Assembly: GCA_002269645.1 (NCBI GenBank)
Contig: NIVC01002605.1
Location: 93,270-157,269, forward strand
From: Macrostomum lignano
Taxonomy: Eukaryota
Length of the DNA stretch: 64,000 bases
Reading direction: 5' to 3'
Both the position numbers and the translations under genes were made by a program. Within the stretch, counting starts at the first letter, position 1; each line of letters opens with the position of its first letter. Of this stretch, positions 1-14,100 are shown one piece after another. The notes under the pieces are model-generated. The model did not search any database. It was not told the DNA's origin and saw nothing but the letters and a program-made list of their open reading frames with translations.

Positions 1-163
1 TAACGCCGGACAGCTGGCGCAGCTCCGTCATTAGCGACACCTCGTGCGACGCCACCGCCTCCCAGCGCTGCAGTTCGGCCAGGACCAAATCCACTCCCGT
101 GACGAACTTCATTAGCGGATCGCGAACGTTGAACGACATGACGCGTCCGGCCAGCTTCCTTAG
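1..163 (-). CDS. MDN1: MDN1 exon truncated by the window edge
   Basis: LRKLAGRVMSFNVRDPLMKFVTGVDLVLAELQRWEAVASHEVSL. Confidence 0.85.
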
Positions 164-3100
164 CTGGAATTCATAGCAAAAAAATGGAATATTGAGGCAT
201 TTTATTGGATTGGAGACACATGACTGAACTTTGGTACCGTAGTGTAGATTCGGGGTTTAGTTGGTAGATTCGGTGTTTTAGTTGGTAGATTCGGGAATTA
301 AGTTGGTAGATTCTAAGGTAGTTGCTACCATAATACAACGGGCATGCACATGCACAAATATTACGAAACAAAGCACAACACAAGCCAACCTGCACAAGCG
401 TAGCATTCTCCGGCCACTGTCCGAGCAGTTCGCCCAGTCGAATAGACAGGCGCGCCAAGGGCGCCAGACAAGCGGCGGCCGCGTCAGGCGCCGGATCTCG
501 ATAGACGTCGAGCGGCGCAGCCAGCAGACAGTCGGGATAGTCGGCGGACGCTGCAGATTCGGCGGCGGAGGAGGCGGCCGAGGCGATGAGGCTGGTCAGA
601 GCCCGTAGGTGGCTGGCCAGCAGTTTGGGGTCGGCATCCGGGTCTGCGGGAGAGGAAATCGTGTGGGAGTCGCGGGGCCTCTAACACTCACCAGTGAGTC
701 ACACACCCTCACCAGTGAGTCACACACCCTCACCAGTGAGTCACACACTCACCAGTGAGTCACACACCCTCACCCGTGAGTCACACACCCTCACCAGTGA
801 GTCACACACCCTCACCAGTGAGTCACACACTCACCAGTGAGTCACACACCCTCACCCGTGAGTCACACACCCTCACCAGTGAGTCACACACCCTCACCCG
901 TGAGTCACACACCCTCACCAGTGAGTCACACACCCTCACCCGTGAGTTACACACCCTCACCAGTGAGTCACACACCCTCACCCGTGAGTCACACACCCTC
1001 ACCAGTGAGTCACACAACCTCACCCGTGAGTCACACACCCTCACCAGTGAGTCACACCCTCACCAGTGAGTCACACACCCTCACCCGTGAGTCACACACC
1101 CTCACCCGTGAGTCACACACCCTCACCCGTGAGTCACACACCCTCACCCGTGAGTCACACACCCTCACCCGTGAGTCACACACCCTCACCCGTGAGTCAC
1201 ACACCCTCACCCGTGAGTCACACACCCTCACCAGTGAGTCACACAACCTCACCCGTGAGTCACACACCCTCACCCGTGAGTCACACACCCTCACCAGTGA
1301 GGCACACACCCTCACCAGTGAGTCACACACCCTCACCAGTGAGTCACACACTCACCAGTGAGTCACACACCCTCACCAGTGAGTCACACACCCTCACCAG
1401 TGAGTCACACACCCTCACCAGTGAGTCACACACCCTCACCAGTGAGTCACACACTCACCAGTGAGTCACACACCCTCACCCGTGAGTCACACACCCTCAC
1501 CAGTGAGTCACACACCCTCACCCGTGAGTCACACACCCTCACCAGTGAGTCACACACCCTCACCCGTGAGTTACACACCCTCACCAGTGAGTCACACACC
1601 CTCACCCGTGAGTCACACACCCTCACCCGTGAGTCACACACCCTCACCCGTGAGTCACACACCCTTACCAGAGAGTCACATACCCTCACCAGTGAGTCAC
1701 ACAACCTCACCCGTGAGTCCCACACCCTCACCAGTGAGTCACACCCTCACCAGTGAGTCACACACCCTCACCCGTGAGTCACACACCCTCACCAGTGAGT
1801 CACACACCCTCACCCGTGAGTCACACACCCTTATCCGTGAGTCACACATCCTCACAGTGAGTCACATACTCTCACCACTGAGTCACATACTCTCACCAGA
1901 GAGTCACATACCCTCACCAGTGAGTCACACAACCTCACCACTGAGTCACATACTCTCACCAGAGAGTCACATACCCTCACCAGTGAGTCACACAACCTCA
2001 CCAGTGAGTCACACATCCTCACCAGTGAGTCACACACCCTCACCCGTGAGTCACACACCCTCACCAGTGAGTCACACATCCTCACCAGTGAGTCACATAC
2101 TCTCACCAGAGAGTCACATACCCTCACCAGTGAGTCACACAACCTCACCCGTGAGTCACACATCCTCACCAGTGAGTCACATACTCTCACCAGAGAGTCA
2201 CATACCCTCACCAGTGAGTCACACAACCTCACCCGTGAGTCACACATCCTCACCAGTGAGTCACATACTCTCACCAGGGAGTCACATACCCTCACCAGTG
2301 CGTCACACACCCTCACCAGTAAGTCACACACCCTCACCCGATTCACGCACTATCCCATTCAGCTGGTCGTAGCACACCCAATCATCGGAGCACTTACCCA
2401 AGAAGCGGCCGTCTCGAGCAGCATCAGAGCACAGGTCGCCAGCCAGTCGGTAGCAACAGTCGGCCAGCCGGGCAGTCAGCTGTCCGTCACGATCACCGTC
2501 GGCAGCACGCTGCAGGGCGCACATCAGCAGCAGCCGGTCTCGATCCGAGAATTCCTCACTATCCTTCTTGGCCTCGTTAGCGCTTTTTGCTTTTTCATCA
2601 TCTGAAGTCATCGTCATCGTGGAGGTCAGCAGGTCGGCGTAGCAGTCGTTGAAGTCAGGGAATGCTAGGCGCAGATCGGCTTCGAACTGCTCCTCGGTGG
2701 TGCGCGTCTCTAGGCGCGAGTGCTCCCTAAGTAGGTAGGGTAGTTCAGCGTGTCTAACAGGTGACCCAGAGTGTCTAACAGTTGACCCGGTATGTCTAAC
2801 AGGTGACATGACCCGGTATGTCTAACAGGTGACATGACCCGGTATGTCTAACAGGTGAAACGACCTGTAGGTCTAACAGGTGACATGACCTGTATGTCTA
2901 ACAGGTGACATGACCTGTATCTCTAACAGGTGACATGACCTGTATGTCTAACAGGTGAAACGACCTGTATGTCTAACAGGTGAAACGACCTGTATCTCTA
3001 ACAGGTGACATGACCTGTATGTCTAACAGGTGAAACGACCTGTATGTCTAACAGGTGACATGACCTGTATGTCTAACAGGTGAAACGACCTGTATCTCTA

Positions 3101-6100
3101 ACAGGTGACATGACCTGTATCTCTAACAGGTGACATGACCTGTATGTCTAACAGGTGACATGACCTGTATGTCTAACAGGTGAAACGACCTGTATCTCTA
3201 ACAGGTGACATGACCTGTATCTCTAACAGGTGACATGACCTGTATGTCTAACAGGTGACATGACCTGTATGTCTAACAGGTGAAATAACCTGTGTCTAAC
3301 AGGTGAAACGACCTGTATGTCTAACAGGTGACATGACCTGTATGTCTAACAGGTGACATGACCTGTATCTCTAACAGGTGACATGAACTGTATGTCTAAC
3401 AGGTGAAACGACCTGTATGTCTAACAGGTGACATGACCTGTATGTCTAACAGGTGACATGACCTGTATGTCTAACAGGTGACATGACCTGTATGTCTAAC
3501 AGGTGACATGACCTGTATCTCTAACAGGTGACATGAACTGTATGTCTAACAGGTGAAACGACCTGTATGTCTAACAGGTGACATGACCTGTATGTCTAAC
3601 AGGTGACATGACCTGTATGTCTAACAGGTGACATGACCTGTATGTCTAACAGGTGACATGACCTGTATGTTTAACAGTTGACCCCGCATGTCTAACAGTT
3701 GACCCCGCATGTCTAACAGGTGAAATGACCTGTATGTCTAACAGGTGACATGACCTGTATCTCTAACAGGTGACATGACCTGTATGTCTAACAGGTGAAA
3801 CGACCTGTATGTCTAACAGGTGACATGACCTGTATCTCTAACAGGTGACATGACCTGTATGTCTAACAGGTGACATGACCTGTATGTCTAACAGGTGACA
3901 TGACCTGTATGTCTAACAGTTGACATGACCTGTATGTCTAACAGGTGACATGACCTGTATGTCTAACAGTTGACCCCGCATGTCTAACAGTTGACCCCGC
4001 ATGTCTAACAGTTGACCCCGCATGTCTAACAGTTGACCCCGCATGTCTAACAGTTGACCCCGCATGTCTAACAGTTGACCCCGCATGTCTAACAGTTGAC
4101 CCCGCATGTCTAACAGTTGACCCCGCATGTCTAACAGTTGACCCCGCATGTCTAACAGTTGACCCCGCATGTCTAACAGTTGACCCCGCATGTCTAACAG
4201 GTGAAATGACCTGTATGTCTAACAGGTGACATGACCTGTATCTCTAACAGGTGACATGACCTGTATGTCTAACAGGTGAAACGACCTGTATGTCTAACAG
4301 GTGACATGACATGTATCTCTAACAGGTGACATGACCTGTATGTCTAACAGGCGCCTTACTTGTAGGTGTACAAGCTCTCTTCCTGAGCTTCGCGTTCCAG
4401 ACGTCGACGCTGCCAGTCGGTGAACGCCGGCAGAAGATCGTCGCGTAGGACTCGGCCAGCGCCGGCCAGGCGGGCAGAGGGATCTGGCTCAGCAGTGGCC
4501 AGCAGGCCGAGGCGCAGCAGGGCTGGCAGGAGCTGGCGCTTGCTGCCGCTGCCGCAGGCGCCGGTCGCCAAGAGGCGCTCGAGACTGCGCGCGGCGTCTA
4601 GGCTGGTAGGCGGGAACGCGCCGCACAGGTGACTCACCTGGCTGGTTACGGACTGAAGAGATGCGGGCAAGGGATATGATCGGAATGAATATGCGCGACA
4701 ATCTAAAATCTCATTGCTTGAAATCCCAATCTTGCATCCTGAAATCCCAATCCCACATTCTGAAATCACCCAATCTCACATTCTGAAATCCCAATCCCAC
4801 ATTCTGAAATCACCCAATCTCACATTCTGAAATCCCAATCCCACATTCTGAAATCCCAACCCCACATTCTGAAATCCCAATCCCACATTTTAATAGCTCA
4901 ATCCCACATTCAGAAATCCCAATCCCACATTCTGAAATCTTAATCCCACATTTTAATAGCTCAATCCCACATTCAGAAATCCCAATCCCACATTCAGAAA
5001 TCCCAATCCCACATTCTGAAATCTTAATCCCACATTTTAATAGCTCAATCCCACATTCAGAAATCCCAATCCCACATTCAGAAATCCCAATCCCACATTC
5101 TGAAATCTTAATCCCACATTTTAATAGCTCAATCCCACATTCAGAAATCCCAATCCCACATTCAGAAATCCCAATCCCACATTCTGAAATCTTAATCCCA
5201 CATTTTAATAGCTCAATCCCACATTCAGAAATACCAATTATACATTCTGAAATCCTAATCCCACATTCAGAAATCCAAATCTCACATTCTGAGATCCCAA
5301 TTCCCATAATGTTGCAATCCCAAATAGGAAATAATTAACCAGAGCCAACCTGGAACTGTGGCAAGAGTTTGCGCAGCCGCGCCAGTCGCAATTCCATGGC
5401 TCTGCGAGCCAGCGCCAGGCCCAGCAGGAAACTGTAAGACAGATCCACTAAAGCGGGATACGCGGTCAGCAGTCGATTAGCAAAAGCGTCCGTCACAGCC
5501 GCCCAGTTGTCCAGTTGGTGGACAACAGCAGAGTAGCACTGCTCGCTGATGCTGTCAATGCAATCATCGCCGTTGGCGAAACCGGCAAGACTCGCTAGAA
5601 GGTCACGGCGACAGTAATTCGTGGCGAATTGGGTGATTTCAGTCTGAAAAATGTATGGTTTTAATTCGTCTACTGTGAGTAGCGTGTTAAGACAATTATC
5701 TGCTGAACAGGACTAAAGTGCGATTATTGTGGAGGACTGAGGGGCGATTCTTGTGGAGGACTGAGGGGCGATTCTTGTGGAGGACTGAGGGGCGATTCTT
5801 GTGGAGGACTGAGGGGCGATTCTTGTGGAGGACTGAGGGGCGATTCTTGTGGAGGACTGAGGGGCGATTCTTGTGGAGGACTGAGGGGCGATTCTTGTGG
5901 AGGACTGAGGGGCGATTCTTGTGGAGGACTGAGGGGCGATTCTTGTGGAGGACTGAGGGCGATTCTTGTGGAGGACTGAGGGGCGATTCTTGTGGAGGAC
6001 TGAGGGGCGATTCTAGAGGATCAAGAGGCTAGAGAACAGTCTTTACCAACCTGCAGCCTCTCGTACTCGGCCTGCTGCCTGTGCGGCGACGCCTCCGGCC

Positions 6101-9100
6101 GATGCGACAGATCCTTGCGGCAGCTGGCCAGCGAGCTCAGCATGGTGCCAACGTGGTCAGCCAGCTGGCGCCACCATGGCGGCTCAAACTCGTTCTCCGT
6201 CTCCGAGTCGACATTGAAATTCGCTTTAGAATCGTCTTCGCCGTCGCCGTAGCCACAGGCGTGCCGGCGATACAGTCGGCGTAGGCGCAGCCTGGCAGAC
6301 GATTCAGCGGCCTCCCTGGCCAGCTGGGAGGCCAGCGTGGCCAGCTGCAGCTGCGGGTCCAGCGGGCTGCCGGGCCGGGCCAGGCCCAGCAACAGGCTGG
6401 CCAGGTCAAAGGTCAACCGGTGCGGATCTGGTAGGCATTGCTGCCGCTGAGGCTGCTGCTGCTCAGAGTCGGCGGTAAGCGTTAGAAGGCTGTTATCTGG
6501 GCCGATTATTTCCTGCGGGAATGAGCGGTTTTGTTGTAGAATATGGGATTTCTGAATGTGGGATTAGGATTTCTGAATGTGGGATTAGGATTTCTGAATG
6601 TGGGATTAGGATTTCTGAATGTGGGATTAGGATTTCTGAATGTGGGATTGGGATTTCTGAATGTGGGATGGGATTTCTAAATGTGGGATTGGGATTTCTG
6701 AATGTGGGATTAGGATTTCAGAATGTGGGATTGGGATTTCAGAATGTGGGATTGGGATTTCAGAATGTGGGATTGGGATTTCAGAATGTGGGATTGGGAT
6801 TTCAGAATGTGGGATTGGGATTTCAGAATGTGGGATTGGGATTTCAGAATGGGGGATTGGGATTTCAGAATGTGGGATTGGGATTTCAGAATGTGGGATT
6901 GGGATTACCGAATGGGGGATCGGGATTTCAGAATGAGGGACTGGGATTTGAAAATGACGGGTTGGGATAGCAGAATGGGGGCTTAGGATTTAAGAAGGTG
7001 GGATCAGAAATTCTCAGGTGGCAGGAAATTCTCACCAGAAGTTCGGCGGGCACTTTAGCGCCGGATCCGCCGCCGTCACCTATCCAGTGCGGACGGTAGC
7101 AGCCTATCAGCTGTCCGGCAAGCAGCCGCAGCCCGTCAAGCATTGAAAGCTCGGATTGAGTCGGCATCACAGAGGACGAACTCTGGTCGAGTACGGCGCC
7201 AGCTGAAGCAGTCAGGTAACCGGCCAGCCAGCTCAGCTGATTTCGCCGATCGTCCACCCGGGCCAGAGGACAGTTGACTCGCCGGTCACCATGGTAACAA
7301 AGCAGCATAGCGGACAGAGATTGGTTGGCCCGGCTAAACCCGGGGCCGAAGTCGGACACATCGCCGCAGGGCTCCATGCAGATGTCGCCGTCATTGTCGA
7401 CCGACGCATCGGCGTAGTCGCAGCGGATCAGCGCGGACTGCCAGGACCAATCGTTGATGTGCTGGCCGAGCAGCAGCCGGTCTATGATGAAATCCCGGCA
7501 CGACTGTCGGAGAGGTCATAGTTGAACATAATAATGGTCATTGGTTCAGTAAGATCAATATGGCTCAAAGTCATGCTGGTATAAAAACAGTACCGGTATA
7601 TGATAAGTGGTAAATGTATAAGACATGTACATGTACATGACATAGTACATGTATAAGATCGCACTGAGAATTTTACAAGATCACATACAGGTAAAATATC
7701 ACACACAGGTACAAGATTACACACAGGTACAAGATCACACACAGGTACAAGATCACAAACAGGTACAAGATCACAAACAGGTACAAGATCACACACAGGT
7801 ACAAGATCACACACAGGTACAAGATCACACACAGGTACAAGATCACACACAGGTACAAGATCACACACAGACCTACAAGATCACACACAGGTACAAGATC
7901 ACAAACAGGTACAAGATCACACACAGGTACAAGATCACAAACAGGTACAAGATCACACACAGGTACAAGATCACACACAGGTACAAGATCACACACAGGT
8001 ACAAGATCACACACAGGTACAAGATCACACACAGACCTACAAGATCACACACAGGTACAAGATCACAAACAGGTACAAGATCACACACAGGTACAAGATC
8101 ACACACAGACCTACAAGATCACACACGGGTACAAAATCAAACTTGGCCCAAGACTCAAACAGTCAGTACTCTCACATCAAAGTGTTCGGACGGCCGGCCG
8201 GGCTGGCCGAAGCCGCGCATCGCCAGAGCGGCCGGCAGCAGCAGCAGCAGCCGGTCGGCCTGACAATCGATTTGACGAAATCGCGCTCGAATCGGCAGCA
8301 GTCGGAGTAGCTCGCGAGCAGTAGCAGCCGGCGACGCCGAGTCGCGTTGATCATCGTCGGCTGCGGACGCGGACAACAGCGCCAGTTGATCGTCGCCAGA
8401 ATCAACAGCGGCGTCGGCATCGAGCAGGTCGGATTTCTCGGCCAGCCGTAGGAGCAGCGGCCCGGCGGCGAGGCCAACCGCGCGCCTGCTGGGCAGCCGG
8501 ATGCAGCGGACCAGCTCGCCGACGCGCAAAGCCCGACAGAGGCGACGCCAGTCGAGCGGGCCAGTCAGCACAGGAGGATTCAACAGGCTGTACACCTGCT
8601 CCCAAGGCGGCCCGACGGCTGAGACAGCTGATTGAGTCAGACACGACGATGACAGGCAAGCGTTGATTCGGTGCTCAACGTCGACAAGATGTCGGCGATA
8701 AGCCGACGACGACGTCGACGAGCCATCGCCGCAGCCGGGAAGAATGGAGGGCAATATGCGGCTGCGCAAGCTGGCCAAAGCCTGGACTACGCAGCGCTCG
8801 CATTGGCTGGCGCCGGACACCGGCTGGCTGTACAGCAGGTGCAGAGTGCGCTTCAGCTGCGGGGATTAGCGACGGGTTGTTATGACCTCTTTGGCCTGTG
8901 TGAACCCGCAGACAGACATATGGGGCAAACACCGGGGGTCAAGCTGTCCACAGTAGGGTCAATAATTAGGGGTCAGGTTACGCCGCCGGTGAAACAATCG
9001 GGGTCATGTGCTTGGAGGGAGAAAACTGGTAAAAGGCAAACGTTTGAATAAACACTAATAAAAGATAAGCTACTTATAGTAGCAGTGAAGAAAGGAACCT

Positions 9101-11120
9101 CAAAAACAGCAGCTGGCAGGCTGCTAATAGGCCCAATTAGGTCGGAGTCGTCGACGCCGGCAGTCAGCAGGTCGCGCAGGCCGCCCAGCAAGGCATCAGC
9201 GGCGGTCATCGCCGGTTCAAGAGCCGCTCGTTCGCGTCGGGTCAGCCGCTGCCGTTTGCCATCGACAAGACGGGCCTTCAACGACATCACGGAAGCCGCT
9301 GTCAGAGCAGATTCGGACTTTGAAGCGTCTGCCTGGTTCGTCGTCATGACCAGACGAGCCTCCGCCTCCGCCAGAGTCAGCAGAGCCCGCATGCCCAACT
9401 GGTGTCGATCGAGAGCGGCAAAACAGGCGCTTGTCGCTGATTGGTCGTCGGCGTTGGCGTGGGCGTCGGCCAGCACGAATGGCAGCACGCGGACATCGAC
9501 TGGATCGGCAAGGTCAACCAGATCGTGTCGGCGACAGTAGGCGGCGATGGAGTGTACGGCCGGAGTTGAAGACATCAGCCGGGTGATGTCGGCGGCTGGG
9601 AACACGCCGGAGACAATCTGGTTGTCGGCGAAGGCCTTCAAATAATGATTGGAAAAGAAAAATGTGAAGGCAGGTTAAAAACGAATAGTCTAATATATAG
9701 ATGCGGAGTTAATTCAGAGCAGCCTGTGTACTAACCTGTGTACTAACCGCTGCCAAATCTGCTTACCTTTCAGTGGGTTAGACACCCTAAACTGGTTCTC
9801 ATCAAACAATCTTTCTTTAAAAAAATTTCAAATAAACAATACCAAATGACGCTTAGCGTTCTACTTACAACATAAATACAAGCATTTTAGATAGGCTTTC
9901 GATTGCGCCGACTCACCTTAGCCAGCGCGTTGAGTCTCTGCGGCAGGTCCCGAGCCGAAGACCATTCTAAATAGAGTTCAGCCGTTGCTAAGCAACCAGA
10001 ATCGGTTGGCAGAAGCCACAACGGCCCGGCCAGACTGAGGATTAGGCGGAGGCCGGCGTCGGCCAGGCAGGCGGTTGGGTCGGCCAGCAGCTCGGACAGT
10101 CGAATTGGCGGCGTCGGCGGTGGCGAGATGACCGGACCAGTTGGTAGAGCCGACAGACTGCAACCGGCATCGACAATGGCGTCGATGGCGGCGCGCACCG
10201 CCCGAGCAGCGGCGTCGGAGAGTTGTCGATCGGCGTAGACGCCTTCCAGCACCAGACGAAGCAGCCGGTCGGCGGCCGCAGGGGCTTCTTCGCTGACAAC
10301 GTCAGGAGCAAACAGTTTCCGACGCTTTGGCTTTCGACGAGTTTTCGACTTTACCGATGCGTCGACAGCGTCGGCGGCCCGTAGCAGCAGGCGACAAGCC
10401 GACAGCAGATCGGTGAGCGGCGGCGTCGGCGTTAAACTGCAGTGCAAGCGTAGCGCCAATTTTGTGGCCGAGCTCTGTCCGAGCCCGGACACCAGGTCGG
10501 CCGCTCCGTCCGGCGGCAGGGGATCGATCCAAATCTCGGCGCAGCGATTTCGCATGGCGCGCGACAGTTCGCCGAATTTCGGATCAGACGCCAGGAACAG
10601 GCGGAACTCCGGGTGCGGTGACACTTCGTCGCCGTCGCCGTCTATGTCGCCGCCGCGTTCGGTGAGGTACAGCCGACCGTCCGGCTCCAGCAGGGAGTTC
10701 AGCCGGTCCAGCACGGCAACTCCGCAGTGATTTGCCGAGTCCAACAGCAGCCAGTCGCCTTCGCGAACAGCCCGAACTAATTGACTGTCGCGCCAGCGAA
10801 ATCTGACAGAGGCGGCGCCGTTTGATGAAGCCGCCGTCGAGTCGGTCGACAGGCGGAGCTCGCGCCATTGTCGTGCGACAGTGTTCAGCCGGCCGCGCAA
10901 CTCATCGGGACAGTGAGCCTCCAGCGCGGTCAGGAGCTCGCCGAGTAGTCTGGTCTGCTCAGATTCGTTAGCGACCTACAGGAGTGTAGGATAAGAATTG
11001 GCGAGCGCTGTTACTGTGGAGGCCATCCTGTTTGACTTAATGAGCTCGTAAAAAACGAGAACAAAAGTGAATTGGAAGTTTTGTGAAATCAGTTTTAAAG
11101 GCTTAGCAGACAGACAAGAG

Positions 11121-11174
<54 letters not shown>

Positions 11175-14100
11175 AAAACAGACAAGAGGACAGACAGACA
11201 GAAACTAAGACAGACAGACACATAGACAGACAGACAGGACAGACGGACAGACAAACAATGTATCGCAGCTCACCTGCTCAGTCTCAGCGTCTCCAAGCGC
11301 TTTGCGCGCCAACATCAGCGCTGTCTTGCCAGCAGAGTTGCGCGATTTACTCAACAACCGCGCCGCATCGCGCGCCAACGAGCGAGCCCGGCGCGCCAGC
11401 TGGCGCCCCTCCCTGCCCGGCTCGGTCTGCTCGTAGCCGCCAACCAGATCACCAGTGTCCATGCCGGCGCTAAGAGGCATGACGCGGAGCCGCCTGCCGC
11501 ACAGGCCGGCCAGCAGGCGCACCAGTCGGGTTTTGCCGGCCGCCTCCGGCCCGATAAGCGAGGCCGGCCAGCCGAACCTGACGCAGTGCAGCAGCGACTC
11601 CAGGGCGCCAAGCTGGTGCCGAAGCAGGTAGGCTTCGTCGTTAGTTGTATCGCTGATTCTACTGACACTGTGTTGCCTAGCAACCCGTGCGGCGCCAACG
11701 GTCACGTGAGTATTAGTAACGTGAAGCATAGTCGGCCAAGGATAAACAGGATTAGCGGATTCGTCTGGGAAAACTTCCGTGTAGAGATCGGCCACTCGGC
11801 GGCGATCTTCTCGACAGCGCATCCGGCCGGAGTACACCAGGCGGAGGAACAGGCCCGGCTGGCAGCGTCGCCTACCCCCGTCGCCATGGAGACGTAGGGC
11901 TTCGCACCAGCGGAATACGTCGCGCAAATTGAATTCCCATGGCGAGCCGGCGAGGCCGAACGAACGGTCGACGGATACGCGCTGTTGAAGCTGCTCAAGA
12001 ATGGAGTTGGTTGCTCTTAGTGTGTAAGTGCTTTACCTACTCATTTTACACAAGCAATATTCCCGCCTGGCCCAAACACCCGGTTTTTGTCCGGATTTGG
12101 TCCGGAATTGTCCGGTTTTAGCGGTTTTTCCGGATCAAGCGAAATTTCATCCGGATTTTATCCGGTTGTACAGTCCGGATCAAAATTCGGAGGATCCTCC
12201 GGACCAAAACCGGATAAAAAGTTTTTTGCAAACGTCTTTCGTCCGGTTTTTCACCCGGAAATTTATCCGGTCGATTTTCTAACAAAAATTGGACTAAACC
12301 CGGAGCATAATCCGGATGACCTCCGGACGAGAGTAGTTTTTTCGTCCGGAAATTGATCCGGTATTTCTTCCACTCGTTTCTCCACTGTTCGAGACGGATC
12401 TAACCGGATCAAATACCGGATTAAATCCCGCTGGGACGCAACGCCGACATTTTGCAAGCTGTTGGTTCGATTTCGGACCGAAATTAACACGAAATTTACT
12501 TTTGGTCCGACTTTTAACCCTTTAGGACACGATTTTTGTCGTCCAGAAAGTCGTCTTGCTGTCTGAGATTTTCTGTACCGATTTTTGCACGACTGAAACC
12601 CGATTTTCAAACCTTTCATGAACAGCTGCAGTACGCCCTTCGCAAGTACCCGTATAAAACGGAATGGACACAAAAATGGCCGGCTGTAACCTGTTTTGTA
12701 ACCGTCATGGTCACCTATTACCATATTTTGGGACTGTTTTGTTCTGCGTCACATTATTACCCTTCACAGTGACCACATTTAGACCATTTTGTTCAGGACC
12801 ACAATGCTACCGTTCCGTAAATATCGTACAGTATTTCAGATGTAAGGTATGCTTTTTTACGAAGTGAGTAAGGAATATTATACATCAATTTCGTATTCCA
12901 GTTTATCACTACTCAATTTCGACAACCCCACTCCTCAAAGCAGGCTGTCGCACAGGAGGCGGCGGCGCTTCTTCATTGGAGCTTCTTCAGTTGTATGGTC
13001 AAGTATAGCTTTCAATTTCGAAACGGCGTTGCCAAGGCGGCGGTGGCGGCTGCCGCACAGGTGGCGGCTGCCGCACAGGAGGCGGCGGCGCTTCTTCATT
13101 GGAGCTTCTTCAGTTGTATTGTCAAGTATAGCTTTCAATTTCGAAACGGCGTTGCCAAGGCGGCGGTGGCGGCTGCCGCACAGGTGGCGGCTGCCGCACA
13201 GGTGGCGGCTGCCGCACAGGTGGCGGCTGCCGCACAGGAGGCGGCGGCGCTTCTTCATTGGAGCTTCTTCAGTTGTATTGTCAAGTATAGCTTTCAATTT
13301 CGAAACGGCGTTGCCAAGGCGGCGGTGGCGGCTGCCGCACAGGTGGCGGCTGCCGCACAGGTGGCGGCTGCCGCACAGGTGGCGGCTGCCGCACAGGTGG
13401 CGGCTGCCGCACAGGTGGCGGCTGCCGCACAGGTGGCGGCTGCCGCACAGGTGGCGGCTGCCGCACAGGAGGCGGCGGCGCTTCTTCATTGGAGCTTCTT
13501 CAGTTGTATGGTCAAGTATAGCTTTCAATTTCGAAACGGCGTTGCCAAGGCGGCGGTGGCGGCTGCCGCACAGGTGGCGGCTGCCGCACAGGAGGCGGCG
13601 GCGCTTCTTCATTGGAGCTTCTTCAGTTGTATTGTCAAGTATAGCTTTCAATTTCGAAACGGCGTTGCCAAGGCGGCGGTGGCGGCTGCCGCACAGGTGG
13701 CGGCTGCCGCACAGGAGGCGGCGGCGCTTCTTCATTGGAGCTTCTTCAGTTGTATTGTCAAGTATAGCTTTCAATTTCGAAACGGCGTTGCCAAGGCGGC
13801 GGTGGCGGCTGCCGCACAGGTGGCGGCTGCCGCACAGGTGGCGGCTGCCGCACAGGAGGCGGCGGCGCTTCTTCATTGGAGCTTCTTCAGTTGTATTGTC
13901 AAGTATAGCTTTCAATTTCGAAACGGCGTTGCCAAGGCGGCGGTGGCGGTGGCTGTCTCACAGCTGTCAAACAGGTAACCGTTTGAATTTTTTATAATGA
14001 CTTATAACAAGTTTATTCATTCAACTGTACGGACTAGTTTCCTGTTACTACTTTTGAGCCTGAACAAAATGGTCACAGTTTACGGGTAACAATGTGACCC

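Noticed and set aside
755-2372. Long repetitive ORFs (SHTPSPV, CDSLVRV and similar), also at 24.4-27.3, 56.4-57.5, 59.2-59.9 and 61.4 kb
   Set aside because: Translations of intronic minisatellites with 3n unit lengths. They lie between phase-matched splice sites of MDN1 or EDC4.
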